64,000 bases of DNA from an uncultured Actinomycetota bacterium (GCA_964610315.1 CAZSVM010000014.1:5106-69105); one strand, 5' to 3'; positions 48,601-56,547 are shown, numbered from the stretch's first letter. Notes: generated from the sequence alone by a model not told the origin. Made by a program: numbers and translations.

Positions 48601-49611
48601 TTCGAATGAAATAGTTTGAATATTGTCTTTGATAAGACTTTTATCATAAAAAGCTTCTATAGTCGTCTGGGCCAACAAACTCGGGATTAAATTTGACTTT
48701 GCATTATCGAAAAAAGTCATCAGTTCATCCTTGTCTATTTCGTTAGCCTGATAAATTTCCATTATAAGAGCTAATTTTTCTAAAACTCGTTTAATGATAT
48801 CTCGTTTTTGTCTATCTAAGACTCTGTCCTCTTTTTCTAATTTTTTGTAAATAAAATATTCAAACAACTCCCCTCTATTAATTTGAGAAATATCTGCAAC
48901 CGGATTGCTATGAATATACTCAATCAACAAAGATAAATAACGGGGAATTTGTATAATAAGCTGTCTATTTTGAAATCTAAGTTTCTTAAATATCAATTCT
49001 ATTTTTTCTTTTGGTATTTTACTCTTTTCTAAATACTCTTGTGTATCTTTAAGGGAAAAGGGGTATAGCATAACGATTTTAAATTTTTTTCCCTCAAATA
49101 CGGGAAATTTTTGATAATAGTTCAAACGGCAAGATAACAATAAAGAAATATTTTTATATTCATTTAAAAAATCTTTAATTTTTTCTATCGCCTCAGAAAA
49201 GATATCCTGACGAATTTCATCTAGTCCATCAAGACAAATTACAATACTATTTAAGTTTTTCAATTTAAACTTCTTTGTCCTGATAGCATCTGGTAAAGCC
49301 AATTGTCGGTTAATTATCTTTGGAATTGTATCACCACCGGCAAAACTCTTTAATTCAACAAAAATTGCTTCCTTTGAAGCTCGTAGTGTTATAAGTTTAA
49401 CAATTTCCCGCAAAAGATATGTTTTCCCGGACCCCGGTTCACCCACAACTAAAGACAAACGATGATCTAGTAAGCTTTTTAAATTTATTTTTTGAAATTC
49501 ATCTGGTAAAAGAGAAATTCTATATTCCTCTTTAAGTTTTTGAAAATCCTCTAGACCATCAAATATCCTAATATTTGGAGTAACAAAAATATCTTTTTTT
49601 AAATTAACCAT
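45610..49611 (-). CDS. NACHT/STAND NTPase with helical-repeat sensor region and C-terminal PD-(D/E)xK-like module
   Basis: Walker A VVGEPGSGKTYLL; Walker B IVICLDGLDEI; about 900 aa of helical repeats; C-terminal RVDFLINYGFIGQILLELK (D..ExK). Start set to ATG 49611 (MVNLKKD..) because 49612-49701 belongs to a leader shared with an unrelated gene. Confidence 0.8.
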   Translation of the reverse strand: MVNLKKDIFVTPNIRIFDGLEDFQKLKEEYRISLLPDEFQKINLKSLLDHRLSLVVGEPGSGKTYLLREIVKLITLRASKEAIFVELKSFAGGDTIPKIINRQLALPDAIRTKKFKLKNLNSIVICLDGLDEIRQDIFSEAIEKIKDFLNEYKNISLLLSCRLNYYQKFPVFEGKKFKIVMLYPFSLKDTQEYLEKSKIPKEKIELIFKKLRFQNRQLIIQIPRYLSLLIEYIHSNPVADISQINRGELFEYFIYKKLEKEDRVLDRQKRDIIKRVLEKLALIMEIYQANEIDKDELMTFFDNAKSNLIPSLLAQTTIEAFYDKSLIKDNIQTISFENPEFQEYLASKELLRMGRLEKTLYDIVVDKELQEIHPSWFNTLSFLLEQKPDLLDKILRFGFKKTKLVIDDEYSKLLLKLNYEKVNKETRITIFKEILTHYQVREELWLDWDIAEGLSYFYDNTLSDFLKSWVDTRENGQRLFVKEGNMALIVHFLLKNKSLAVDDQQYWKKKLIRFANSENENGVLQRLSLYALSEFKDPLLIKKVENTWRHKDELVQRAFLRFCYRIDPNCEPSIKYFVEGTKRDFLEARYGIWEINNKEGIKRLLNSLKNDTLFLQHFLDKESIFREKDEKINQNIKVVLDEEIAKLAFDILIKAFESKYSYYVERSNFIERLTLLLKEYDSNFLFNLISRIKSSDELKTSIFSFQNVFAAVLEKNQVERFINELSETQRSKRLALWTLQQIKFSNRKLKEEIYEEGRKYLRREYEESEKFARKERLQQSESKEETVYKEFQLRLEPGKGKYDPGIFRFYIDNKEILEKKITEIERKRIINLMTRSIFEKFDPKDGYKIFKINRRDSNNTSFTWHSWNPIFADCIKLASLLKIDISKYRQKIINFIPFAYYEERKAIFKLIKNVKTEELKYVLAIYKSNSDLRLFQPESFIEFVKEYELEETLRIIEEFVKEETLSVYNRIESLKLMESLKPDKKLLEKIFKEYKKRKDESFQLSETANQLLIENYKDEKAISWRFTQLKKRIFEFEEPIGVHSVGPQENELHEKRFANSLMELKDMSYIKKFLDLIDFSFKKINKNERYWNYVQYLWRIVFKYFDGLKYTRSYEAIKQLENFLQNNIHSDYSNWFKGELKQLKRSYLVYIGRPSNINSAIKSFNETKSRQYLSIGTPEELFDNVKKIINEDLKNWIENEGGSKIIRNKKEPEIQPNIQLALENKFLKRGLDFQIYREPQKLDSKRVDFLINYGFIGQILLELKLSSHPDLKGNNLENKGSFKSLQRYMKGFSVDYGILLVINNARVDNNKLNKIKNSYSKIKGLDTIGLNFY

Positions 49612-49790
49612 GTTTCCGTTTTCTTTTTTTATCGCTTGAATTCTCTTTAAAAAATTCTTTATTCTCCTTAACCAGAAAAACATAAAAGTAATCTTTTCCA
49701 TTTATCTTTTATAATCCTATTTAATTATAACAATAGATTAGGCAAATAAAAATCGCCCAGTGATGGGCCTTTTGTTTAGAAATACTCTAC
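49612..49790 (-). promoter_or_regulatory. Conserved promoter/leader module, copy A (upstream of the NACHT gene)
   Basis: About 180 nt aligns with 61195-61385. It includes the extended -10 TGTTATAAT (complement of 49724-32) and the GCCCA-gtga-TGGGC hairpin (49755-68). Confidence 0.55.
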
Positions 49791-49853
49791 TAAGAGTATA
49801 AAATTTATTAGAAATTAAAGGATTTTATGTAAAACTTGGGTATTCTTTGATAT

Positions 49854-49914
49854 TCAAAGTCATGGAATGTGTCCCAAAAATTACATTAAATTTCAGTTGG
49901 AAGTGAGGGTTTAA
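49854..49914 (+). repeat. Array repeat R3 (core only, no strong hairpin)
   Basis: tcaaagtcatggaatgtgtcccaaaaattacattaaatttcagttggaagtgagggtttaa. Confidence 0.85.
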
Positions 49915-50004
49915 TTTAAAAATAAAGGAAATTGCCTTTAAAGACAAATTCTTCCTCTATAAACGGGAATAACATTATAGTATACTTAGTTTAGAGGTTT
50001 AATA

Positions 50005-51099
50005 ATGTCTAAAATCACCAATACAATTTGGGCAATAGAGCCTCATACTGAAGCAAAGCATGCTATTTTAAGAAAGTATCTAAACGCATGGTTGCCTATA
50101 ATCACTCGGTGGAATGGTCGTGTCCTTTATATTGATGGGTTTGCTGGTCCCGGAGAATATACTAATGGTGAAGATGGTTCTCCGATCATAGCTATAAAGT
50201 CAGTCTTGGAACACAGAGCGAATATTAAAGCAGAAATCATAATGCTATTTATTGAAGCGGATAAAAAAAGATGTGAATTTTTAAAAAATAAACTAGATAA
50301 TTATAAATTGCCTCTTAATATTAAAATAGAATGTATTTGTGCTAAATTTGAAGAAACTTTAAAAGAAATTTTAGATTATGTTGAAGATCAAAAAAAGAGG
50401 CTCGCTCCTGCTTTTGTCTTTATAGATCCTTTTGGCTTCACTGGGATACCCTTTTCAGTAATAAAAAAAATTATGGGAAATGAGAAATGCGAAGTTTTGA
50501 TTACATTTATGTATGAGGAAATCAATCGATTTATAACAGATAAAAGGCTTTGGGGAGGTCTTAATGAAACATTTGGAATAGATAAATGGCGAAAAGTAAT
50601 TTCTGAAAGTAATTCACAAAAGCGTGAAATATTACTACATAATATTTACAAAGAACAGCTAGAACAAGAAGCAAATATAAAATTTGTACACTCATTTAAA
50701 ATGACCAATAAAATCAATAAAACTGACTACTTTTTATTTTTTGGAACCAATAATATCGTTGGACTAAAGAAGATGAAAGGAGCTATGTGGAAAGTTGATG
50801 AAAGTGGGGCATTTCAATTTTCAGATGCAACCTATAACCCAGATCAGCCAATGTTATTTCAGATAGAACCCAATTATGATCAACTTAGGAAAATAATTCT
50901 AGAGAATTTCAAAAAGAAATCTGTTAGTGTAGAGGAACTTGAAAATTTTATAATCACACAAACGCCTTTTAGAGAGACTCATTATAAAAGACAAATCTTA
51001 GCACCAATGGAGAAAGTAAAGAAAATAAAGGTTAAATGTCTAAAACCCAAAAGGAGAAAAATGACTTATTCGAATGATTGTATGATAGAATTTCTTTAA
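50005..51099 (+). CDS. TcmP-like protein (three-Cys-motif partner protein family)
   Basis: EPHTEAKHAILRKYLNAWLPI.., DGFAGPGEY and FIDPFG motifs. Adjacent to a three-Cys rSAM-like gene. The assignment is from memory of the TIGRFAM family definition, not a search. Confidence 0.65.
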   Translation: MSKITNTIWAIEPHTEAKHAILRKYLNAWLPIITRWNGRVLYIDGFAGPGEYTNGEDGSPIIAIKSVLEHRANIKAEIIMLFIEADKKRCEFLKNKLDNYKLPLNIKIECICAKFEETLKEILDYVEDQKKRLAPAFVFIDPFGFTGIPFSVIKKIMGNEKCEVLITFMYEEINRFITDKRLWGGLNETFGIDKWRKVISESNSQKREILLHNIYKEQLEQEANIKFVHSFKMTNKINKTDYFLFFGTNNIVGLKKMKGAMWKVDESGAFQFSDATYNPDQPMLFQIEPNYDQLRKIILENFKKKSVSVEELENFIITQTPFRETHYKRQILAPMEKVKKIKVKCLKPKRRKMTYSNDCMIEFL

Positions 51100-51135
51100 T
51101 TTTATAATTTTTAAAATAACGATAGAATAAATATT

Positions 51136-51981
51136 ATGAAAAGTATAATACGAAAAACACTTCTATATAAAAGTAGGGTAGAATATGCTGATTATTGTAT
51201 TAATCACGTTGAAGGATGCGCTCATGGTTGCAGGTTTCCTTGCTATGCAATGATGATGAAAAAAAGATGTGGAATTATAAAAAACTATAAAGAGTGGATA
51301 GAACCTAAAATCGTAGCTAATGCCCTGGAGTTATTAAATAAGGAACTTCCTAAATATAAACACAAGATAAATTTTGTTCATTTATGTTTTTCTACTGACC
51401 CTTTTATGTACAAGTATCCAGAAGTGGTAGATTTGACTTTAAAAATAATTGAGAGATTAAATAAAGACAATATTCGTTGCGTTGTTTTAACTAAAGGAAT
51501 CTATCCTAAGGTTCTATCTGACACTAAAAGATATGGCATAAATAATGAATATGGCATTACTCTCATTTCTTTAAGTAATAGTTTTAAGGAAAGATTTGAA
51601 CCATATTCGGCTCCATATAAAAAAAGAATTGAATCCCTAAAATATTTACAAAAGAGGGGCTTAAAAACTTGGGTTAGTATGGAACCATATCCCACACCAA
51701 ATCTAATAAAACAAGATTTAATAAGTGTTTTAAAATCAATCTCTTTTGTGGATAAAATTATATTTGGAAAAATAAATTATAATACCAATTCAAATCAATT
51801 TGAAAAAAATAACAACTCATTTTATAGAAAATGTTCTGATATTGTAATAGACTTTTGCGAGAAAAACAAAATCGAATACCATATAAAACACGGGACACAG
51901 AAAAAAAATAATAAAAAAACAGAAAAGATCTTTAAAAAAGGAGAGATAATAGAGATTGAAACCTTGCCTTTACCTATCTAG
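51136..51981 (+). CDS. Three-Cys-motif radical-SAM-like protein (SplB/COG1533-like fold)
   Basis: INHVEGCAHGCRFPCYAMM: C-x3-C-x3-C instead of C-x3-C-x2-C. TIM-barrel-like remainder. Confidence 0.65.
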   Translation: MKSIIRKTLLYKSRVEYADYCINHVEGCAHGCRFPCYAMMMKKRCGIIKNYKEWIEPKIVANALELLNKELPKYKHKINFVHLCFSTDPFMYKYPEVVDLTLKIIERLNKDNIRCVVLTKGIYPKVLSDTKRYGINNEYGITLISLSNSFKERFEPYSAPYKKRIESLKYLQKRGLKTWVSMEPYPTPNLIKQDLISVLKSISFVDKIIFGKINYNTNSNQFEKNNNSFYRKCSDIVIDFCEKNKIEYHIKHGTQKKNNKKTEKIFKKGEIIEIETLPLPI

Positions 51982-52014
51982 AGTTTAATATATAATAAGT
52001 TTAAAATAAAAACA

Positions 52015-52034
52015 GCCCAGAAATGGGCTTTTTT
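52015..52034 (+). terminator. Intrinsic terminator with GNRA loop
   Basis: GCCCA-gaaa-TGGGC-tttttt, 34 nt after the rSAM stop. Confidence 0.75.
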
Positions 52035-52087
52035 GATTAAATTTTCCTTAGCTTCAGGTTAAATTTCGATGTAATACAAAATTAATC

Positions 52088-52519
52088 TTATTTATCATTA
52101 TGTTTATATTTTATCTTGACCTTATATTTAAAAAAATTAATACAACTTCCATACCTTCTTCTTCCTTTAGGAGACCCTTCATAACCCTTACAGGACTCGC
52201 TTCCCTCTTTTTCTGTTTCTTTGTTTCTAACCATTCCACGCAATACCCCGCCTATAGAAAACCCACCACCATAACACAATGGATTACTACAATCTATATA
52301 TTCGCCAGGTGGATTTTTTATTGAATAATAATGTGAATTCTCATTACTAAAAACAGAACCAAGGTGACCAGTTTCTTTACATTCAATTTCTAAATCGACA
52401 ATTTCTGGGAATGCTTCCTTAAATGGAACTTTTCTGCTAAATAAAAATTCCGATTCCCGGAAAATATCAGATGCTTTTTTATGATCTCTCATACTTATTT
52501 GAATATTAATATTTATCAA
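52088..52519 (-). CDS. Hypothetical Cys/Gly-containing protein (143 aa)
   Basis: ORF with a 16-nt gap to the upstream wHTH gene. No motif recognised. Confidence 0.4.
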   Translation of the reverse strand: MININIQISMRDHKKASDIFRESEFLFSRKVPFKEAFPEIVDLEIECKETGHLGSVFSNENSHYYSIKNPPGEYIDCSNPLCYGGGFSIGGVLRGMVRNKETEKEGSESCKGYEGSPKGRRRYGSCINFFKYKVKIKYKHNDK

Positions 52520-52535
52520 TTAATTCTTTGAGTCC

Positions 52536-52859
52536 TTATTCGTTCTGACCTATCTCTTGTAGGGCCTTCTGGACTCCTTCAGGGTCAAGCACTTTATAAT
52601 AAGCTCTTCTTCCACCGCGACTTCGATCTTTTACTTGTAAAATCCCGTAACTTACAAGTACACGTAAATTGGGGAACCATTGAATCCCTCTTTTTTTGGC
52701 TGTCTCTAATACCCAAGCCCCGGCGAAATCGCCATTGGTTCGCTTCTCCTCTTCGAGACATGCTTCCACAATTGGAAGCCAATTGGTGCGTTCCCGTGCG
52801 AGTCTTTTCACTGCATAATAACCCGAAGAGGGTTTATTATTTTTCTTTATTTCGGTCAT
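52536..52859 (-). CDS. Small winged-helix protein (107 aa)
   Basis: ..LRVLVSYGILQVKDRSRGGRRAYYKVLDPEG.. has a wHTH wing pattern. Confidence 0.45.
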   Translation of the reverse strand: MTEIKKNNKPSSGYYAVKRLARERTNWLPIVEACLEEEKRTNGDFAGAWVLETAKKRGIQWFPNLRVLVSYGILQVKDRSRGGRRAYYKVLDPEGVQKALQEIGQNE

Positions 52860-52901
52860 GTAATCGCATCATAAAGCACCAAAATGATACTTGTCAAGTA
52901 T

Positions 52902-53001
52902 TTCAAAGTCATGGAATATGTCCCAGAAAATATGTTAGGTTTCAGTTGGAAGTGACGGTTTAGTAAAAAAATCCCCCTATAAAGGGGATTTCCGGTTTAG
53001 C
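52902..53001 (+). repeat. Array repeat R4
   Basis: ttcaaagtcatggaatatgtcccagaaaatatgttaggtttcagttggaagtgacggtttag + a7-ATCCCC-ctataaa-GGGGAT-ttccggtttagc. Confidence 0.85.
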
Positions 53002-53103
53002 TACATGTGTGTAGTGAATAGAGTTCGAATCTAGTCCGGGTAATTCATATGATTTTTATTTACTTTGTTAAGATAAAATATCTTGCATTAAGTTGGTGGA
53101 AAA

Positions 53104-53610
53104 TCACTTATCAACCCCATAATCTGCCTCTCCTTCCTCGATCCCTCTCCGTGCCTTTGAATATGCCCATTTTGGGATCTGTGGTGATTTCAGATTAAGC
53201 CCATCTTTCTCTTGATTTAAAATTTTTAGCTGCTGCACAATATCATTATCGTCAGTTATTGTATCAATATCAATCTCACAGAAAATTCGAGATTTATTTC
53301 TTAAACTATTGTACTTATTTCCCGATTTGTGATGTAACATCGCTTTTTCATTTGGATTCAAAAAAGTTGATACAGCTGTAAGCGAGGTTACTATAATAGC
53401 TAAAATACCAGCAAGAATGTTATGATTGTCGAAATGTGAAAGAGCAGAAGCACCAGAAATAGCAGCTAGAATTGCTGTAGGGATACCTATCCATAGACGA
53501 AGATTTGTCCAAAATTGTGCAGTATAAAAATGGCCCTTTGCAGAGTAAAGACAATCTTCTTCTATGCGTCTAGCTTCCCTTATAATTTTTACCCTGGTTT
53601 CTTTTCCCAT
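53104..53610 (-). CDS. SLATT-domain two-TM effector
   Basis: CLYSAKGHFYTAQFWTNLRLWIGIPTAILAAISGASAL plus a second TM LAGILAIIVTSLTAVSTFLNP. Start set to MGKETRV (53610), 4 nt after the upstream stop. Confidence 0.7.
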   Translation of the reverse strand: MGKETRVKIIREARRIEEDCLYSAKGHFYTAQFWTNLRLWIGIPTAILAAISGASALSHFDNHNILAGILAIIVTSLTAVSTFLNPNEKAMLHHKSGNKYNSLRNKSRIFCEIDIDTITDDNDIVQQLKILNQEKDGLNLKSPQIPKWAYSKARRGIEEGEADYGVDK

Positions 53611-53614
53611 AAAC

Positions 53615-54481
53615 TTAACTTCCATAAGCCGGAAATTTTTCACCAAAAATTTGTCGCCATATTGCGATAGCTCTCTCGTGTTCGCTTCTCCCATTATGTG
53701 TAAGGTACCAGGCATCTCGAGCCTTATCTCTGGCAGTTTTTAGTCTTTCCAGAGCTAATATTCTATTTCCTGCATTAAGGTACTTATCTACGTAGCCAAG
53801 TTCGTACCATAGAGATGAAGATACTAATTTAACTGCTTCATCAAAGTACTTAAACACATTCCACGGATAATCTGCTAATTTGCTATTAAATATTTTAAGC
53901 GCCATTACCTCTATATGGAAAGACTGAAGAAAATTGCTATGTTGATGATTCCACCATTTTATCATCTTAATAATACGTTTGAAAGCATCCCCACATTCTT
54001 TATTTCTCTGACTTAATAAGTCTGAGTGTTTTCTAGGTCTTGATGGTAACCAACTTTCCGTATTCATATCGGGAACATTATAATAATCTACTGATCCATT
54101 GTCATTAACAATTCTCGAAACAGGTACAATATCAACATTAGGCCACGTATTGTAATAAAGTGTAACTGCTTGTCCATTTCTTCTAACATTAGTTTTGTAT
54201 TCAGCTAAGCAATCTCTTACTACTTGCAGAACTTGTGACGGTTTCTTCCCTTTTATGTGTTTGCCATAATGAAACACAACAATGATATCTAAATCAGCGT
54301 ATTCTTTTAGAGCCGTAAAACGTGGAATTGAGCCAGAAGGGAAAGCATCAATTATCTCAAACTCATCCTCTAAAAGCGAAACAAGGTGATCTTTACGCTT
54401 ACTAGCAGTTTCTCTATAATCTCCAGAAAGCTCAATGTTTTCCCTAAATTTATCAAAAGAAACGTGTACAGTGTAAGGCAT
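53615..54481 (-). CDS. SMODS/CD-NTase-like nucleotidyltransferase
   Basis: Pol-beta NTase signature FPSGSIPRFTALKEYADLDIIVVF (GS..DxD), a third acidic residue in NVDIVPV, and a helical C-domain. Confidence 0.7.
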   Translation of the reverse strand: MPYTVHVSFDKFRENIELSGDYRETASKRKDHLVSLLEDEFEIIDAFPSGSIPRFTALKEYADLDIIVVFHYGKHIKGKKPSQVLQVVRDCLAEYKTNVRRNGQAVTLYYNTWPNVDIVPVSRIVNDNGSVDYYNVPDMNTESWLPSRPRKHSDLLSQRNKECGDAFKRIIKMIKWWNHQHSNFLQSFHIEVMALKIFNSKLADYPWNVFKYFDEAVKLVSSSLWYELGYVDKYLNAGNRILALERLKTARDKARDAWYLTHNGRSEHERAIAIWRQIFGEKFPAYGS

Positions 54482-54593
54482 GCTATCAGATTAACTGGAT
54501 CCCTTGTTCCAGTCAATCAATTTTTTTTGTTTATTCTTATTAAAAACATCTCCCCAAATGTAGTATATCTGGGTATAAACTAATCAACTATAA

Positions 54594-56360
54594 CTAGGAT
54601 CTGAAAATATTTATTGTATCCTCTTTACTATACGGCGTTCCAAATTTTATGTGATATTTGATATTGTTTCTCTCACAAAACTCCATTACCTTCTTTGCCA
54701 TTCTCCTATAAAAATCTTCACTGTTCTCCCACCCTGGAGGACAATTGTTACCATAATAAGTCAGCCTTCGATAATTTAACTTACCAAAAATAATTTTCTT
54801 AACAAACTTAATTTTTTCTAAAACTTTCTCAATATTTTCTGCATTCGGGTCATATTCTGGTATAGGATAAGGCTCCATGCTTATCCAAGTTTTTAAACCA
54901 GCTTTGGCGAGCCTCTTGAGAGATTCTATCCTTTTCTTGTAAGGTGCTGAGAATGGTTCAAATTTTTGTTTAAATTTATCATCTAAAGATACAAGCGTAA
55001 TTCCATATTCATTATTTTGTAAAAATCTTTTTCTATTTAAGATTTCTTCAGGGTAAAAACCTTTTGTTAAGGTTGTTACTCTTATTTCTTCTTTATTCAG
55101 TGTCTCAATAATCTTAAGGGTTAGCTCTTTTATTTCAGGAATCAAATCTCCTTCCTCAAAATCATACATAAAAGGATCTGACATAAAACAAAGGTGAACA
55201 AAATCTATCTCGTTTTTGTATTTAGGTATCTCTGTTTCTAAAAGTTGTAAAGCATTTCTTGCAACCCTAGGTCTTCTCCAGTCAGAATAGTTTTTAACCC
55301 ATCCAAATTTCTGAGCCATTCTAAATGCGTAGCAAGGGAAATTACAACCGTGCATGCACCCTATGATGTGGTTTATTGTCCAATCGCCGTACTCTACTTT
55401 GGTTTTATAGAGAAGTGATTTTCTATAAATTCTCTTAATCTTAGATGGAATAAATAAAATATTTTGTAAATAAAACTCTCTACCAAACAAGGTGGGACCT
55501 AGAGTATTTTCTTTCTCCTCAGCGTAAATACCTTTTACTATCTTATCTGTAAATGTCTCATTTTTTGAGGCAAATAAAAGATAGTAAATGATATCTCTCC
55601 TAGCTGGATACTGCATATCAAAACCTGCTACATTATATCCGTTTTTGACAAATAAAGTTTTTATATAATCACTAAGTAAACCTAAATCTTTTTTTGTTTT
55701 ATAATCTACATCTTTACCTAGAAATTCTTCTAAGGTACTGACTGTTTTTATCTCTTTCGGTATTGAAGACTCTTTTACTGCTATTCCCCGTGTTCTAGTT
55801 TCACCTTCCTTACTGTAATTAAAAAAAATGTCAATGGGATTATTCAGGTTTAGATAGCTTTTAATGGTTTTTTTATGAATATTAATACCCCAAGGATCAA
55901 TACAAAGAAATATTGGGTGTTTTGGAGTATTTTGTATCTCTTTGAGTATTCCTGGACTTACTTTATTACAATCCTCATTTAAAAATTTAACTTTAACAAT
56001 ATCCTCTATTTCAGGATGATTTTTTATAAGCTGAGAAGCTTCCTTCTCTAACTCAATTTTGTATTTTTTGGCAATCTCAATAAAAAATAATTTAATTTTA
56101 ACATTATTTTTCTTTAATTTTCCTTCTTGTTTTATAATCTCCTCAAGAAAAATAAGAGGCGAACCACTGACTTTTTTCTTTTCATCTTTGTACCATCCTC
56201 TACCAGCGAATAAATCTAAGACGTACCATTCTTTACTAACCCACTTTTGTTGATTAGGCCCATTCCATATAGTAAGCCATATATCAAAAATCTTCCGAAG
56301 CATTCGAAGCTTGGTTCTAGTATGCGGTCTTTTTACAATATCCCATGCATCTTTAATCAT
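54594..56360 (-). CDS. Fusion protein: TcmP-like N-half + three-Cys radical-SAM-like C-half
   Basis: The N-half carries HTRTKLRMLRKIFDIWLTI, LFAGRGWY and CIDPWG. The C-half carries INHIIGCMHGCNFPCYAF and NNEYGITLVSL..FEPFSAPYKKRIESLKRLAKAGLKTWISMEPYP, closely matching ORFs 50005-51099 and 51136-51981. Confidence 0.75.
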   Translation of the reverse strand: MIKDAWDIVKRPHTRTKLRMLRKIFDIWLTIWNGPNQQKWVSKEWYVLDLFAGRGWYKDEKKKVSGSPLIFLEEIIKQEGKLKKNNVKIKLFFIEIAKKYKIELEKEASQLIKNHPEIEDIVKVKFLNEDCNKVSPGILKEIQNTPKHPIFLCIDPWGINIHKKTIKSYLNLNNPIDIFFNYSKEGETRTRGIAVKESSIPKEIKTVSTLEEFLGKDVDYKTKKDLGLLSDYIKTLFVKNGYNVAGFDMQYPARRDIIYYLLFASKNETFTDKIVKGIYAEEKENTLGPTLFGREFYLQNILFIPSKIKRIYRKSLLYKTKVEYGDWTINHIIGCMHGCNFPCYAFRMAQKFGWVKNYSDWRRPRVARNALQLLETEIPKYKNEIDFVHLCFMSDPFMYDFEEGDLIPEIKELTLKIIETLNKEEIRVTTLTKGFYPEEILNRKRFLQNNEYGITLVSLDDKFKQKFEPFSAPYKKRIESLKRLAKAGLKTWISMEPYPIPEYDPNAENIEKVLEKIKFVKKIIFGKLNYRRLTYYGNNCPPGWENSEDFYRRMAKKVMEFCERNNIKYHIKFGTPYSKEDTINIFRS

Positions 56361-56547
56361 AATTTTAATGTTTTATTTCAGTATACAATTTTTCTCTTCG
56401 TTTTATTTATTCTAACAAAGAATCGCTTTAGTGGCGATAAATAAAAACCACCCAGCGATGGGCTTTTTATTTATAGATACTATACCAGAACTATAAAATT
56501 TATCAGAAATTAAAAGGTTTTACTTAAACTTTGGGTATTCTTTGATA

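Noticed and set aside
49612-49701. First 30 codons of the track's NACHT ORF (MEKITFMFFWLRRIKNFLKRIQAIKKENGN)
   Set aside because: This stretch is part of the non-coding leader shared with the RM gene. In that copy the equivalent ATG terminates after 3 codons, so the real start was taken as ATG 49611.
52760-52963. 67-aa + ORF ending in ..QSHGICPRKYVRFQLEVTV
   Set aside because: Only its last ~20 codons are meaningful, and they are array repeat R4 (a relic recombinase tail). The upstream part is antisense to the wHTH gene. It is not an independent gene.
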